From Chiloscyllium plagiosum (taxonomy: Eukaryota): a stretch of DNA of 64,000 nt. The DNA lies in contig NC_057718.1 of the NCBI RefSeq assembly GCF_004010195.1, forward strand, positions 23,466,637 to 23,530,636, given 5' to 3'. Numbering within the stretch: the stretch's first letter is position 1; every line of letters starts with the position of its first letter. The translations under genes were made by a program, and so were the position numbers. The notes beneath the pieces were generated by a model that saw only the letters and a list, made by a program, of their open reading frames with translations, did no database searches and was not told where the DNA came from. Below are positions 38,295 through 49,276 of this stretch, piece by piece.

Positions 38295-39954
38295 AATAGG
38301 AGGCTGCACAGTAATGATTGGCAGCTGCTGAGTGTGATAACATACAAACTATAATCTCTGTTAATTGGCATCTTGATGCTGCATGGCAAGAGTCTTGTCT
38401 CAACACCTGAACCACTGGGAAACATTGTTTATGTTTTCTTCCTGCTGTGCCACTATGTTGTTAGTGAGGGGTGTCACCAGTTTGCCAACAGTTGTCCAGA
38501 TGTTCAGCAGCCTTTTGGGAAATGATATGGGTGCCAGGGATGTTGGTCTTTTGGCAGGCGTTGATTGAATGGCGTGTTGCTTTGGGAACAATGTGTAGTA
38601 ATTTGGGGCTAGAAACGGAGATAAAGGAATGCCATAGAGACAGGATGGATAGTTAATCAGGCAGGTTTGATAACATACAGCAAAAGATTTCATTAGGCCT
38701 TGCACTGAGAATCCCTCCAAAAAATTCAAAGCAACTTTACCGAAAAGAGGTAAGATTCATCCCTGAGAAGATGGTTGCCCCTGACGTCAAGCTAGACATC
38801 ACTTGAGTTCTCATGCACTTCTCCCAATTTGTTGTCATAGCCAAGTTGTTCAGGGCTTGGTAGAATTCCACCCAAAGTGTTGGTTTTAAAATATGCTCAT
38901 TGTTTTAATAAATATTCGGGAGCTGATCACACATTACAAGTACACTCAAGCACCATAAGTTACAAGTTTCATAAAGGAATAATTTATTTGGAAGTGATAA
39001 TAATAACTTACTGATTGATCAAACAGAGCAGCTTCAATGTCATCTGATTTCACCAGTTATGTACCTTCAGCTCAGGAGGTTGTGTCCATTGTTTGCCATT
39101 GCTCTTCTCATCTGGTAGTCAGTGTGGCTTATTCCCTCCACTCATGGCAAGATGACCAATCCTTCCTTTGAGACCAGAGAAGTGTTCTTACCAATTACAG
39201 CAAGCATCCTTCATTAAAACCTGATATTGACCTACATTTCAGAATGAAACTACTTACCCCACCATATTCTCCAGGGTTAATTAATTTGTAAATGTCAGAA
39301 GAAACTTGGCCCTGCTAATTAAGACTGCCTTTACACTGCCAGAAAAATTTAGTGTCAATGGATTCAAAGGCATCCAAGAGTACAAATGTCTTTGCCCCCC
39401 CAAGTGAATTGCAGCTTTATTAATTGTGGTCACTGGAATCATTTGGTTTAATGTGAGCCTGACATTTTGTACTAACTTGTTGAACCTGCAAGCCACACTG
39501 GAAAGTTTTTTCTTAAAAAAAAACTGGGGCATGTATCTATCATGTAAAGCACTCAATGAGAATGAAGTTATGGACACAATGTTTCAGTTGCAGTCAGGTC
39601 AGGTGGAGTCAAAAACAATTAATTCACCAATTTTCTTTTCTGATACACCTTATAGCATTTAACTCAATCCATTCGAAAATCGAACTTTGGAGACTTTTCT
39701 TTTGATTAAAAATAAAACTGCCTCAAATGATGATTGTAATTTTGCAAAGCTCAAAATCAAAGGGAAGAGAAGAGTCTTTGTTAAGTACACAACCAGACGT
39801 GGACAAGAATCATAGCTAAAAGCTAATACAGTTGCTGGTGGTGTCTAGCAACTGGAGACAAATACTGGCCAGCTGCCCCCATCTGGCTGTTGTAGCAACA
39901 GTTCAGGTTGCTAGGGCATGCGTGCTCAATAATGAGGAAGCAATCACAGCTTGC

Positions 39955-40070
39955 ATTGCTGTGGTACAGTGGTAATGTCCCTATCGTTGGGCTAGAAGAT
40001 CTGAGTTCAAGTCCTACCTGTTGTGGAAATTTATCATTACATTCATAATGGATCGGTGAAGTACATTTCA
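39955..40070 (+). mobile_element. Short tRNA-derived SINE
   Basis: gtggtacagtggtaatgtcc...gagttcaagtcc A/B boxes. Confidence 0.6.
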
Positions 40071-40093
40071 TCCCACTCTGACTGAATCAAAAG

Positions 40094-40689
40094 GCTGGAT
40101 TAGTGGTGCTGGAAGAGCACAGCCGTTCAGGCAGCATCCAAGGAGCTTCGAAATCGACGTTCGGGCAAAAGCCCTTCATCAGGAATAAAGGCAGTGAGCC
40201 TGGAGCGTGAAGAGATAAGCTAGAGGAGGGTGGGGGTGGGGAGAAAGTAGCATAGAGTACAATGGGTGAGTGGGGGAGGGGATGAAGGTGATAGGTCAGG
40301 GAGGAGAGGGTGGAGTGGATAGGTAGAAAAGGAGATAGGCAGGTAGGACAAGTCCGAAAGCAAATGTGGCTGTGGTAGCGAGTTTGTTTCACAACATGGT
40401 TGAAGAGCTTCAGGGTAGAGGAAATGACCTGGGAGTTGCAGTGGGAGAGGGACTCCCTGAGATTCTTGTAGAGAGAGGAGGAAAACTTCTTCAAGGCAGG
40501 CATCCTTGCAAGAGGATTACCATGTCGTGAAATAAACGACAGGCTCACTGCCTTTATTCCTGATGAAGGGCTTTTGCCCGAAAAGTCGATTTTGAAGCTC
40601 CTTGGATGCTGCCTGAACTGCTGTGCTCTTCCAGCACCACTAATCCAGAATCTGGTTTCCAGCATCTGCAGTCATTGTTTTTACCTCCT
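40094..40689. mobile_element. PLE insertion with inverted terminal repeats and 14-bp TSD
   Basis: Inverted termini, hammerhead cores at 40156-40182 (-) and 40560-40587 (+); TSD tgaatc(a/c)aaaggct 40083-40096 and 40690-40703. Confidence 0.88.
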
Positions 40690-41749
40690 TGAATCCAAAG
40701 GCTTCCTCACAGAGAAATGGAGAAAATGTGGAGGAGCAGTGCCCTTCACAGTTCCTGATGCCTAGTTTTAGAGACAGACTGGCAGAGGCCATCCTTAGAT
40801 CAAATGTGCAATAAATAGTCCATGATGTGGGAGAAAATTGCAATGAAAAAGGCAAGCTCATCTTTGAAGGAAAGCACACTACTTTCTGAGCATGTGAGAG
40901 AGCTCCATTCTCTGAGTTAGAAGGTTCTGAATTCATGAATCTCTTTGTGGTTACATACATAAACGAGACTGGCATTAAGTTGAATTGATAGAATATTGTG
41001 CTGTCAATAATTACCATTATTTGTATGGGATTCCAATCAGTAAATTCTAATGGTTGAGATGGATGGTAAAGGACTGATGACAATTTTGAATAGGTCCTTC
41101 TCCTGACCGATGTTCCTCACTCAGACCCTTCTGAGTGGGCTTTTATTCGTCATTGATTTTGTTGCTGTTGTTTCTTTGTGAATAATGACTACTTAACATA
41201 GCACCAGTCATTACATTTACAAGTGGTGATTCTTACGTGAAGTAGCTTGAACTATTTTTGAGTGGTGAAAATGCATGATATAAACATAACTCTCAATTAT
41301 TTCCTGTATTTTTATGCTTGACTGTATTTCAAGATGCAGCTAAAGTATTTTTACTTGATTGCTTCCAATGTGCAGTGAGGATGCAGACATGTAAAACTCA
41401 GAGCTTATATTTTATATCTTCCAACTTAAAACTAAGTGAGCGAAGTGTTAGAATTGCAGCCTCTCACTAAATGAAGAGGTATCCACACTTCAACCCCAGC
41501 CAATGTGAACCTTCCCTCCACCTGTTATTAATACACTGAGGGTGTAGAGTCATGCAGCTACCTATATTGTAAATGAGCATTCTCTGCTTCCTGAGTGATT
41601 TGCTGCTCTTAATGTTCCTAAATAGGGTTAATTTAATCTTCAACAATAACCAGTTTCTTCTATTCTAATCAAGCGGGAAATCATTTTGATTGGTGTTAAT
41701 ACCAAACCATTCACATTTAGTATTGAATTTGTTATATTAGTTGATCTAG

Positions 41750-42690
41750 GTGCGATTGTCGTCGGCTTCTACCCCTTCCACAGCAGCAACACATCTCTCA
41801 CCAAAGTCAGAAAGAAGGTTGTGTGTGATACTCCCTGCCTTCCTGACTACTCAGCTGTCTGGAGGAAATCAATCTCCTAGTCTTCCTCCAATATCTCCCC
41901 TCTTGTAGGTCACTTCCAGGGAATGTCATTTTCTTGGTTCCACCCTAACCCATATAATTAACCAAACATCTCCATCCCTTTCCTGTTCACCAGAGCTATC
42001 TCCATGAAGGATCTGTTTTTGTCTCCTCCTCCTCCTCTCTTTCACCCGCGTATTACCTTTGGTGACCTGATGCACCATTTTGTGATTAGCCTTTGCAGTT
42101 ATACTGCCAACAGCCAACTCAAATTCTTCACAATCTCTATCAGATAGCTTATCCACTTCTGGATGAATCTGAACTTTTTTCAAGCTAAATCCTGTGAGAA
42201 CAAGGCCATTATTTTTTGCACTTCCATAACCTTTACAGCCCTACAACAAAATTCTGAACTCACATCATCTGTCCTTGTCTACAGTCCCAAGCTATATCAG
42301 AGTGTTCACCTAGACCCTGAGTCCACATTGATCCTGGTCATTAGTTGCCTCCAATCTTAAACTCTCAAGTTTAATTCTCTCTGTGCTCTGATTCTCTCCC
42401 TATCCTTGTAGTTTCTGACTCCAACTCTGGAAGATCTATTTCACTAATACCCTAAAGTTGTCTATCATTCCTCACTTTATGGAATGTCCTCCCTAAATTT
42501 CAATCTAACCCTTATCACTTCCTTACATTATTTTCTTTCAAAACACTCTTGGAAGGACCCCTTTATTTCAAGTTTTTGTTCACCTATCTTATTTCCACAA
42601 GCCCCCATAACTCATCCATTTTTTTCCCTCAGTACCGGCCTTTATTACATCCATGAAGCAGATTAATATTGAATAAAGACCTAAGTAATT
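41750..42690 (+). mobile_element. Very old L2 LINE fragment
   Basis: VGFYPFHSSNTSLTKV matches L2 RT motif SGFRPxHSTETALxKV. Confidence 0.6.
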
Positions 42691-42794
42691 GCAACTTTAT
42701 TATTATTATTAGACAGTTTGTAAAACTTCAATATATAACAGGACTTTGTATTTGTCACAATTGTAGGCAATTCAGCATCAAGTTGTTCACAGCT

Positions 42795-42900
42795 CAGTGA
42801 GGAGTGCAATGTCCTTACCTCTGAGCCAGGAGGCCTGGGTTTAAGTCCCACCTACTCTGGAGGTGTGTCCTAACATCTCTGAGCAGGTTGATTAGAAAAT
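42795..42900 (+). mobile_element. Short tRNA-derived SINE
   Basis: cctctgagccaggaggcctgggtttaagtcccacc...ttgattagaaaat. Confidence 0.65.
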
Positions 42901-43132
42901 AACTTAGAAGCCCAGTAACCATGCCCAGAATACGTACATGGATGTTTTCAATATTGTGCACAGCTGAAAGGAAAGGCAACTTAGTGTGTCCAGCATGAAC
43001 TGTTGTCCTAACTTCAAATTAAAAAGCTTGATGTAAACTTCACCAAAATCCTTAAATGGTTAGAAATGTGGCACTTAACCTGCTCAAAGCGACTGTAATT
43101 GTTCTAACAAAGTGACATTTACAAACAATGAA

Positions 43133-43378
43133 ATAAAAACCAAAAGAACTGCGGATGCTGGAAATCACAAACAGAAACAGAAATTGCTGGAAAAGTTCAG
43201 CAGGTCTGGTAGCATCTATGGAGAGAAATCAGAGTTAATGTTTCAGGTCTAGTAACCCTTCCTCAGAATGGGTCAGAACAATTCTGAGGAAGGATCAATG
43301 GATCCGAAACATTAACTCAGATTTCTCTTCACAGATGCTGCCAGACCTGCTGAACTTTTCTGGCAACTTCTGTTTATG
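43133..43378. mobile_element. Fold-back PLE mini-element with two opposed hammerhead cores and perfect 15-bp TSD
   Basis: Cores ctgagga...gaaa at 43241-43266 (-) and 43284-43309 (+); TSD tttacaaacaatgaa 43118-43132 and 43379-43393. Confidence 0.88.
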
Positions 43379-44067
43379 TTTACAAACAATGAAGCACGAG
43401 GAGTGATGTAACACTTAAGAATATTAAGCCCTACCTGTTCAAGCTTACCAAGCATGTTATTATGCTTCCGGCAATATGAGACAAACTGGACATGAAGGAT
43501 AAATTCATTCATTGATGAGTGTTTCTTTTCCTTGTTAAAAACAGAAGCCTCAAAATCATTTGGCTTCAGTGATCAACAAAAGCATTAGGCATTACTCGAA
43601 GCTAGTGGTTTTAATATTCCTTCTTTGGGTTACATGAGGTCAGTAACTGTGAAACCTGTTTACAGAAGGTGATGGAATAGGGATTTTACAGCCACATTTG
43701 AGTTTGAGTATGGAATGCAAAAATGAATTATAAGGCAAGATGGAAATGATTACTGTTAAGGTTTAACTAGGGCCAGCTTTACCAGTGCTTTTTGTGTTTG
43801 TACATTGGTGCCAAGCTACTGCGGCACATTAAGAGTTGACTGTGTGCTCTGCTGTAAGTGTTTATTTGTTTAAAAAGAAGTTGCTGCATAGTTCATGGTC
43901 CTTATGTGTCCTTAGCACAAAGCTTGCCATTGGAAATAGAAGCACATCACAGATTGGTGCAGTCAATGTCCTAGTGCCACAAAGAAGCAAAGACCAGGCT
44001 TTGACCTCGAGCTAACTGTGCTGGAGTCAGCTTGAGAGTCAGCAGCGGCATTACCCAAGGTTGGACT

Positions 44068-44308
44068 GTTTCACTATATCCTAGCTCTGGCATCTCTCAG
44101 CGTTATGAGTGCATGATGCACAAAATAAGTAAAGCAGAGGCAGAAACCCTCTTTTTTTTTTTCAAAAAAGACACTTGAATATGCGAGTTTCACTATATCC
44201 TAGCTCTGGCATCTCTCAGCGTTATGAGTGCATGATGCACAAAATAAGTAAAGCAGAGGCAGAAACCCTCATTTTATTTTTTTTCAAAAAAGACACTTGA
44301 ATATGCGA
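44068..44308. repeat. Tandem duplication of ~120 bp
   Basis: 44068-44186 repeated at 44187-44308, differing only in the T-run. Confidence 0.92.
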
Positions 44309-45329
44309 TTGAGTTTCAGTAATCTACAGAATGATTGGCCAAGAGCTGGAAAATGGGATTAGATGGAATCACTCTCATTTTTGATCAGCACAGCGATGAG
44401 GTACTGAATGATCTCCTCTGTGATGTTTTGTTCATCCATGTGCATTAATTTTCAAATGTTGCCACAATGATTTGAACCTTCACACAAAAGCCTGAAATCT
44501 GATTGACATCTAAGTCACCGCATTCCACCCTAATTTGAGTGATCACTTACAAAAATAACATAAATTTGATGTAGTCATTTGTCTCTTGAAGTTTGAGGCT
44601 TTCATTTGCTGATTAATGACAAAGCTTTGGTGAGGTTTTTAAGAGGTTTTTCAATCATTTCACCTTCTCTTGTGGATCCTTTTTACCGTGACAGAATGTC
44701 TGTGATTATGTCTACAAGAACTCAAGATAAGCCAACTTCTCCCATTGAGGCAGCTCAGATGATGTGAGCAAGCATGCTCATTGCATGAAGGCTTTGAAAA
44801 TAGTCCATGTCTCAGCAAATGAAAGTTACTTAGCAATATCCATAGCAACACAAAATAAATCAGGGAAGTCTACTGTTTTTCTCGTGGTTCTGACATTACT
44901 CATTGGTCTTGCTTAAACTGTCCAGGTTATGGCATCACAGAGTCATTATGTTGCAGTAAGACATGTGACAATCAGCTTACTCAGGCTGAGCGTTAAATAT
45001 GATGCAGAATAATTCCTTTGTGTGATCTGTAATGTATTATTTTTCTTCTAGGTCCAGCTAAATAGATGCATTTGGAAAATTTCAGCTTGAAAACCTCAAT
45101 ACAGGTCAGTGCCAATCAAAGGTTAAGAAATGGAGTTTTCTGATAGTGGAAGGAGATTTTGAATGCATTGTCGTTGATTGAGATATTCTTGTTCCTTCAT
45201 AAAGTATATGGACATACAATTTTAAAACAGTGGAATTCACAGAGCAAACTCAGACCAAATGGACACAATTCAGTCAGCTATCAATCCCATTTTTAGTCAC
45301 AAAATGTTTTAAAAGGAGAAGATTTCTTT

Positions 45330-45540
45330 TCATGAGAAGATTTGTAGTTCAGGTTGATGATAAGTATGTAAGTTAGCTCGCTGAGCTAGAAGATTTGTTT
45401 TCAGATGTTTCGTCACCATACAAGGTAACCTCATCAGTGAGACTCTCTGGTGAAGTGCTGGTGGTATGTCCCACCTCTCTATTTGTAGGTCTTGGTTTCT
45501 TAAGGTGGGTGATGTCATTTCTGGTTCTTTTTGTCCAGAG
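45330..45540 (-). mobile_element. Terminal repeat of a distinct (Poseidon-like) PLE family
   Basis: Minus strand cactgatgaggttaccttgtatggtgacgaaacatctgaaa...ctcagcgagc. Confidence 0.7.
45404..45437 (-). ncRNA. Minimal hammerhead ribozyme core
   Basis: CTGATGA-G-GTTACC TTGTAT GGTGAC-GAAA-CATC, 3-bp stem I tca/tga. Confidence 0.7.
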
Positions 45541-45723
45541 AAGGTAGAAGTGAAAAGAAGCACATTAGACAGCTAGTGTTTTTGTTGGTAATGTGCAGCT
45601 CTTTAAATGGCACTCATATGTATAAGGTAAAAACAATGACTGCAGATGCTGGAAACCAGATTCTGGATTAGTGGTGCTGGAAGAGCACAGCAATTCAGGC
45701 AGCATCCGAGGACAGGCAAAATC

Positions 45724-45751
45724 GACGTTTCGGGCAAAAGCCCTTCATCAG
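45724..45751 (-). ncRNA. Minimal hammerhead ribozyme core
   Basis: Exact reverse complement of 46625-46652. Confidence 0.75.
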
Positions 45752-46624
45752 GAATAAAGGCAGAGAGCCTGAAGCATGGAGAGATAAGCTAGAGGAGGGT
45801 GGGGGTGGGGAGTCTTCCCACCCTACCTCTTGCAAAAATGCCATCCCGTATTCCCAATTCGTCCGCCTCCGCCGTATCTGCTCCCACCATAGAACACACC
45901 AGATGGCCTCCTTCTTTAGAGACCGCAATTTCCCTTCCCACGTGGTTAAAGATGCCCTCCAACGCATCTCATCCACATCCCGCACCTCCGCCCTCAGACC
46001 CAACCCCTCCAACCGCAACAAGGACAGAACGCCCCTGGTGCTCACCTCCCACCCTACCAACCTTCGCATAAACCAAACCATCNNNNNNNNNNNNNNNNNN
46101 NNNNNNNNNNNNNNNNNNNNNNNNNNNNNNNNNNNNNNNNNNNNNNNNNNNNNNNNNNNNNNNNNNNNNNNNNNNNNNNNNNNNNNNNNNNNNNNNNNNN
46201 NNNNNNNNNNNNNNNNNNNNNNNNNNNNNNNNNNNNNNNNNNNNNNNNNNNNNNNNNNNNNNNNNNNNNNNNNNNNNNNNNNNNNNNNNNNNNNNNNNNN
46301 NNNNNNNNNNNNNNNNNNNNNNNNNNNNNNNNNNNNNNNNNNNNNNNNNNNNNNNNNNNNNNNNNNNNNNNNNNNNNNNNNNNNNNNNNNNNNNNNNNNN
46401 NNNNNNNNNNNNNNNNNNNNNNNNNNNNNNNNNNNNNNNNNNNNNNNNNNNNNNNNNNNNNNNNNNNNNNNNNNNNNNNNNNNNNNNNNNNNNNNNNNNN
46501 NNNNNNNNNNNNNNNNNNNNNNNNNNNNNNNNNNNNNNNNNNNNNNNNNNNNNNNNNNACTCTCTCCCCACCCCTACCCTCCTCTAGCTTATCTCTCCAT
46601 GCTTCAGGCTCTCTGCCTTTATTC

Positions 46625-46652
46625 CTGATGAAGGGCTTTTGCCCGAAACGTC
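46625..46652 (+). ncRNA. Minimal hammerhead ribozyme core
   Basis: CTGATGA-AGGGC TTTT GCCC-GAAA-CGTC with palindromic ACGT stem III. Confidence 0.75.
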
Positions 46653-47644
46653 GATTTTGCCTGTCCTCGGATGCTGCCTGAATTGCTGTGCTCTTCCAGC
46701 ACCACTAATCCAGAAACTCATATGTATAACCCACACCACAGACTCTAATTATGCAACACTGAACAGAATTTCAAATTGATCAACTTATCAGTGTTTCAGA
46801 ACCATATTTTTCATAACCGTCGCTGGTTGCATACCTGTCCCATTCTCTTGACCTTTTACTCCCAACTGAGAGAATTTTATCTACATTTAAAGCAATGATC
46901 AAGAAGGGGGTATTTTTAACCTGTAGGTTTATTTTGAAATTCCCATTTCAAACTCGTCTTCCTCATTTTTTAAAACCTCCTGAGCCATATCCATTGCCAA
47001 AGTAATGTTTAACTGTGTTTAAGTATCAAATAAATAACTTAAATGCAACAGCATATTACATCGGATTATTTGTCACTTAAGACAAAATTAGTTTGCAACA
47101 GCCATGTACTGAAAAAAGGAACACAAAGTTGAACAGAAGATTCATCTGTGGATACCTCTTGTGGCTGGTGCCAATAGATTATAAATAGGCAGCTTGCTCT
47201 AACCCGTGAGGATTATTGAAAGGTATGGGATGGGTTAGGGAGGATGTGTGGTGTGAGATTTTGGATAACAACCGTAAGTGCATTCTTTGATTGAAAGATT
47301 ATTGTAGGGAGAATTTTGGGAAAATTCTCTGATTTGTACTCAGTGCAAAAGGAAGAAGACAGAAATATGTAGTAGCCTGTCTATGACATGTAGGTTCATC
47401 AGAACAAATATACACAAGTTATTTTCTCACCATCCACTCTCAAAATTCCATCCTTACTGAGAGCTCATGGTGGTAGTATGGAGCTACTCTTGACATTAAC
47501 CTGATAGTTTTGCAGAACTGCGTGGCCTTCAACAACAAACAGTTCTGGCAATGTATGTGCATTTGGTATGAATACAATGGCTTTCTGTACTTAAACTATG
47601 TCGCTTAATCAAGTATAACAACTAGCTTATGTTGTCTCCCTCAT

Positions 47645-48955
47645 CCTGTGGACATCACTAAGGAGAAGGTGTTGGGGAAGCTGAAAGGTTTAAAGGTGGA
47701 TAAATCATCCAAACCAGATAGACTACATCCCAGGGTTCTTAAGGAGATATCTGAAGAGATTGTAGAGTCATTGGTGGTGATCTCTCAGGAATCAATGGAG
47801 TCAGATAGAGTCACAGAGGACTGGAAAATGATGTTTTAGATGAGAGGTTGGCAGAAATTGGAAACTATAGACTGGTTAGCCTGACCTCAGTCATTGGTAA
47901 GACTTTAGCATTCATTATTAATGATGAGATTGCGAAGTACTTGCAAGAGCAGGTCAGATAATGGAAAGCCAATGTACATGATCTATTTAGGTTTCCAGAA
48001 TGCCTTTGACAAGGTGCTGCACAGGAAGCTATTGATTAAGATAAGAGCTCAGGGTGTTAGGGGCAAACTACTGGCATGGTTAAATGATTGGCTGACTGGC
48101 AGAAGGCAGAGAGTGTGGTTAAAGGGCTCTTTTTCAGGATGGCAGCTGGTGATTAGTAGAGTTCCACAGGAGACAATGGTAGGACTTTAACTACTCACAT
48201 TATATATTAACAAACTGGATGAAGGAACTGAGGGTATTGTTGCTAAGTTTGTAGATGACACAAAGATAGATGGAGAGACAGGTAGTGTTGAGGAAGCAGA
48301 ACTGGAATACAATGTTGGAAAGTGTAAGGTTATTCATTTTGGTAGGAGGAATAGAGGCATAGGTCGTTTTCTAAATGGGGAAAGGCTCAGAAATCCGAGG
48401 GGACTCGGTAATCCTAATTCAGGATTCTTTTAAGTTAACATGCAGGCTGAGTTGGCACAGTTAGGAAGACAAATGTAATGTTAGCATTCATTTCAAGATG
48501 GCTAGAATGCAGGAGCAGAAATGTACTGCTGAGACTGTCAGGCTCTAGTCAGACTGCATTTAGAATATTATGAACAGTTTTGGGCCCCATGTCTAAAAAA
48601 GGATTTGCTGGGGATGGGGATGGCCAGGAGGAGGTATACAAGAATGATCCCAGGGATGAAGGGTTTGTAATATAAAAAATGGTTGAGGACTCTGAGTCTG
48701 TACTTGATGGAGTTTAAAAAGATGAGGATGGATCTGATTGAAACTTGTAGAATATTGAGTTGCCTGGATAGAGTGGACATAGATAAAATGTTTCCACTAG
48801 TAGGAGAGACTAGGACACAACAGCACAGCCTCAGTTTCAAGGAACATTCCTTTAGAACTGAGATGAGAAGGAATTTCTTCAGTCAGAGAGGGGTTAATCT
48901 CGGCGAAGGTAATGGTGGCTAAGTTTTCAAGCATATTTAAGACAGAGATAGATAG
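47645..48955 (+). mobile_element. Decayed CR1 ORF2 RT fragment
   Basis: LKVDKSSKPDRLHPRVLKE, YLGFQNAFDKVLH, KFVDDTK. Confidence 0.88.
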
Positions 48956-49085
48956 GTCCTGAAAAGGTGTCAGCAGACCCAAAGCATTAACTCTGATTTC
49001 ACCCCACTGATGCTGCCAGACTTGCTGAGCTTTACCAGCAATTTCTGATTTTGCTTCTGATTTCCAGTCTCCGCGGTTTTTGGGT
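48956..49085 (+). mobile_element. PLE terminal fragment (same family as 43133-43378)
   Basis: cattaactctgatttc...gatgctgccagacttgctgagc. Confidence 0.65.
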
Positions 49086-49276
49086 TTTTTTTTAAGAGAT
49101 AGCGAGATCGACAATGGTGATGATTCTGACTTCCTTTTGAATAACTCTTCATTTGCAGTGATGAAATTTTTCATCGGTTTTTCAACTCACAAACCTAAAT
49201 GAGACAGGTTTAGAGACAGAGAGAGCAAAGACTGTTGCCCTGTTCTTTCTGGTTATGTTCAAAACTAATATGGTTT

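Larger units (their letters stand above)
35213..38719. mobile_element. Decayed PIF/Harbinger-like DNA transposon with ~110-bp imperfect TIRs and two nested CR1 insertions
   Basis: 35213-35322 aligns to reverse complement of 38599-38719; contains Myb/SANT-like remnant. Confidence 0.7.
45626..46715 (+). mobile_element. Young PLE insertion with inverted termini, ORF fragment, N gap and perfect 14-bp TSD
   Basis: SSHPTSCKNAIPYSQFVRLRRICS..PLVLTSHP from 45813; TSD actcatatgtataa 45612-45625 and 46716-46729. Confidence 0.92.

Noticed and set aside
39258..39311. 54-nt minus-strand phase 0/0 exon candidate GQVSSDIYKLINPGEYGG
   Set aside because: Good donor but poor polypyrimidine tract; not recognised
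47430..47590. Minus frame ending KSSSIL..SKDGILRVDG, reminiscent of BEL/Pao pol
   Set aside because: In-frame stop, wrong spacing and no other LTR-element motifs nearby
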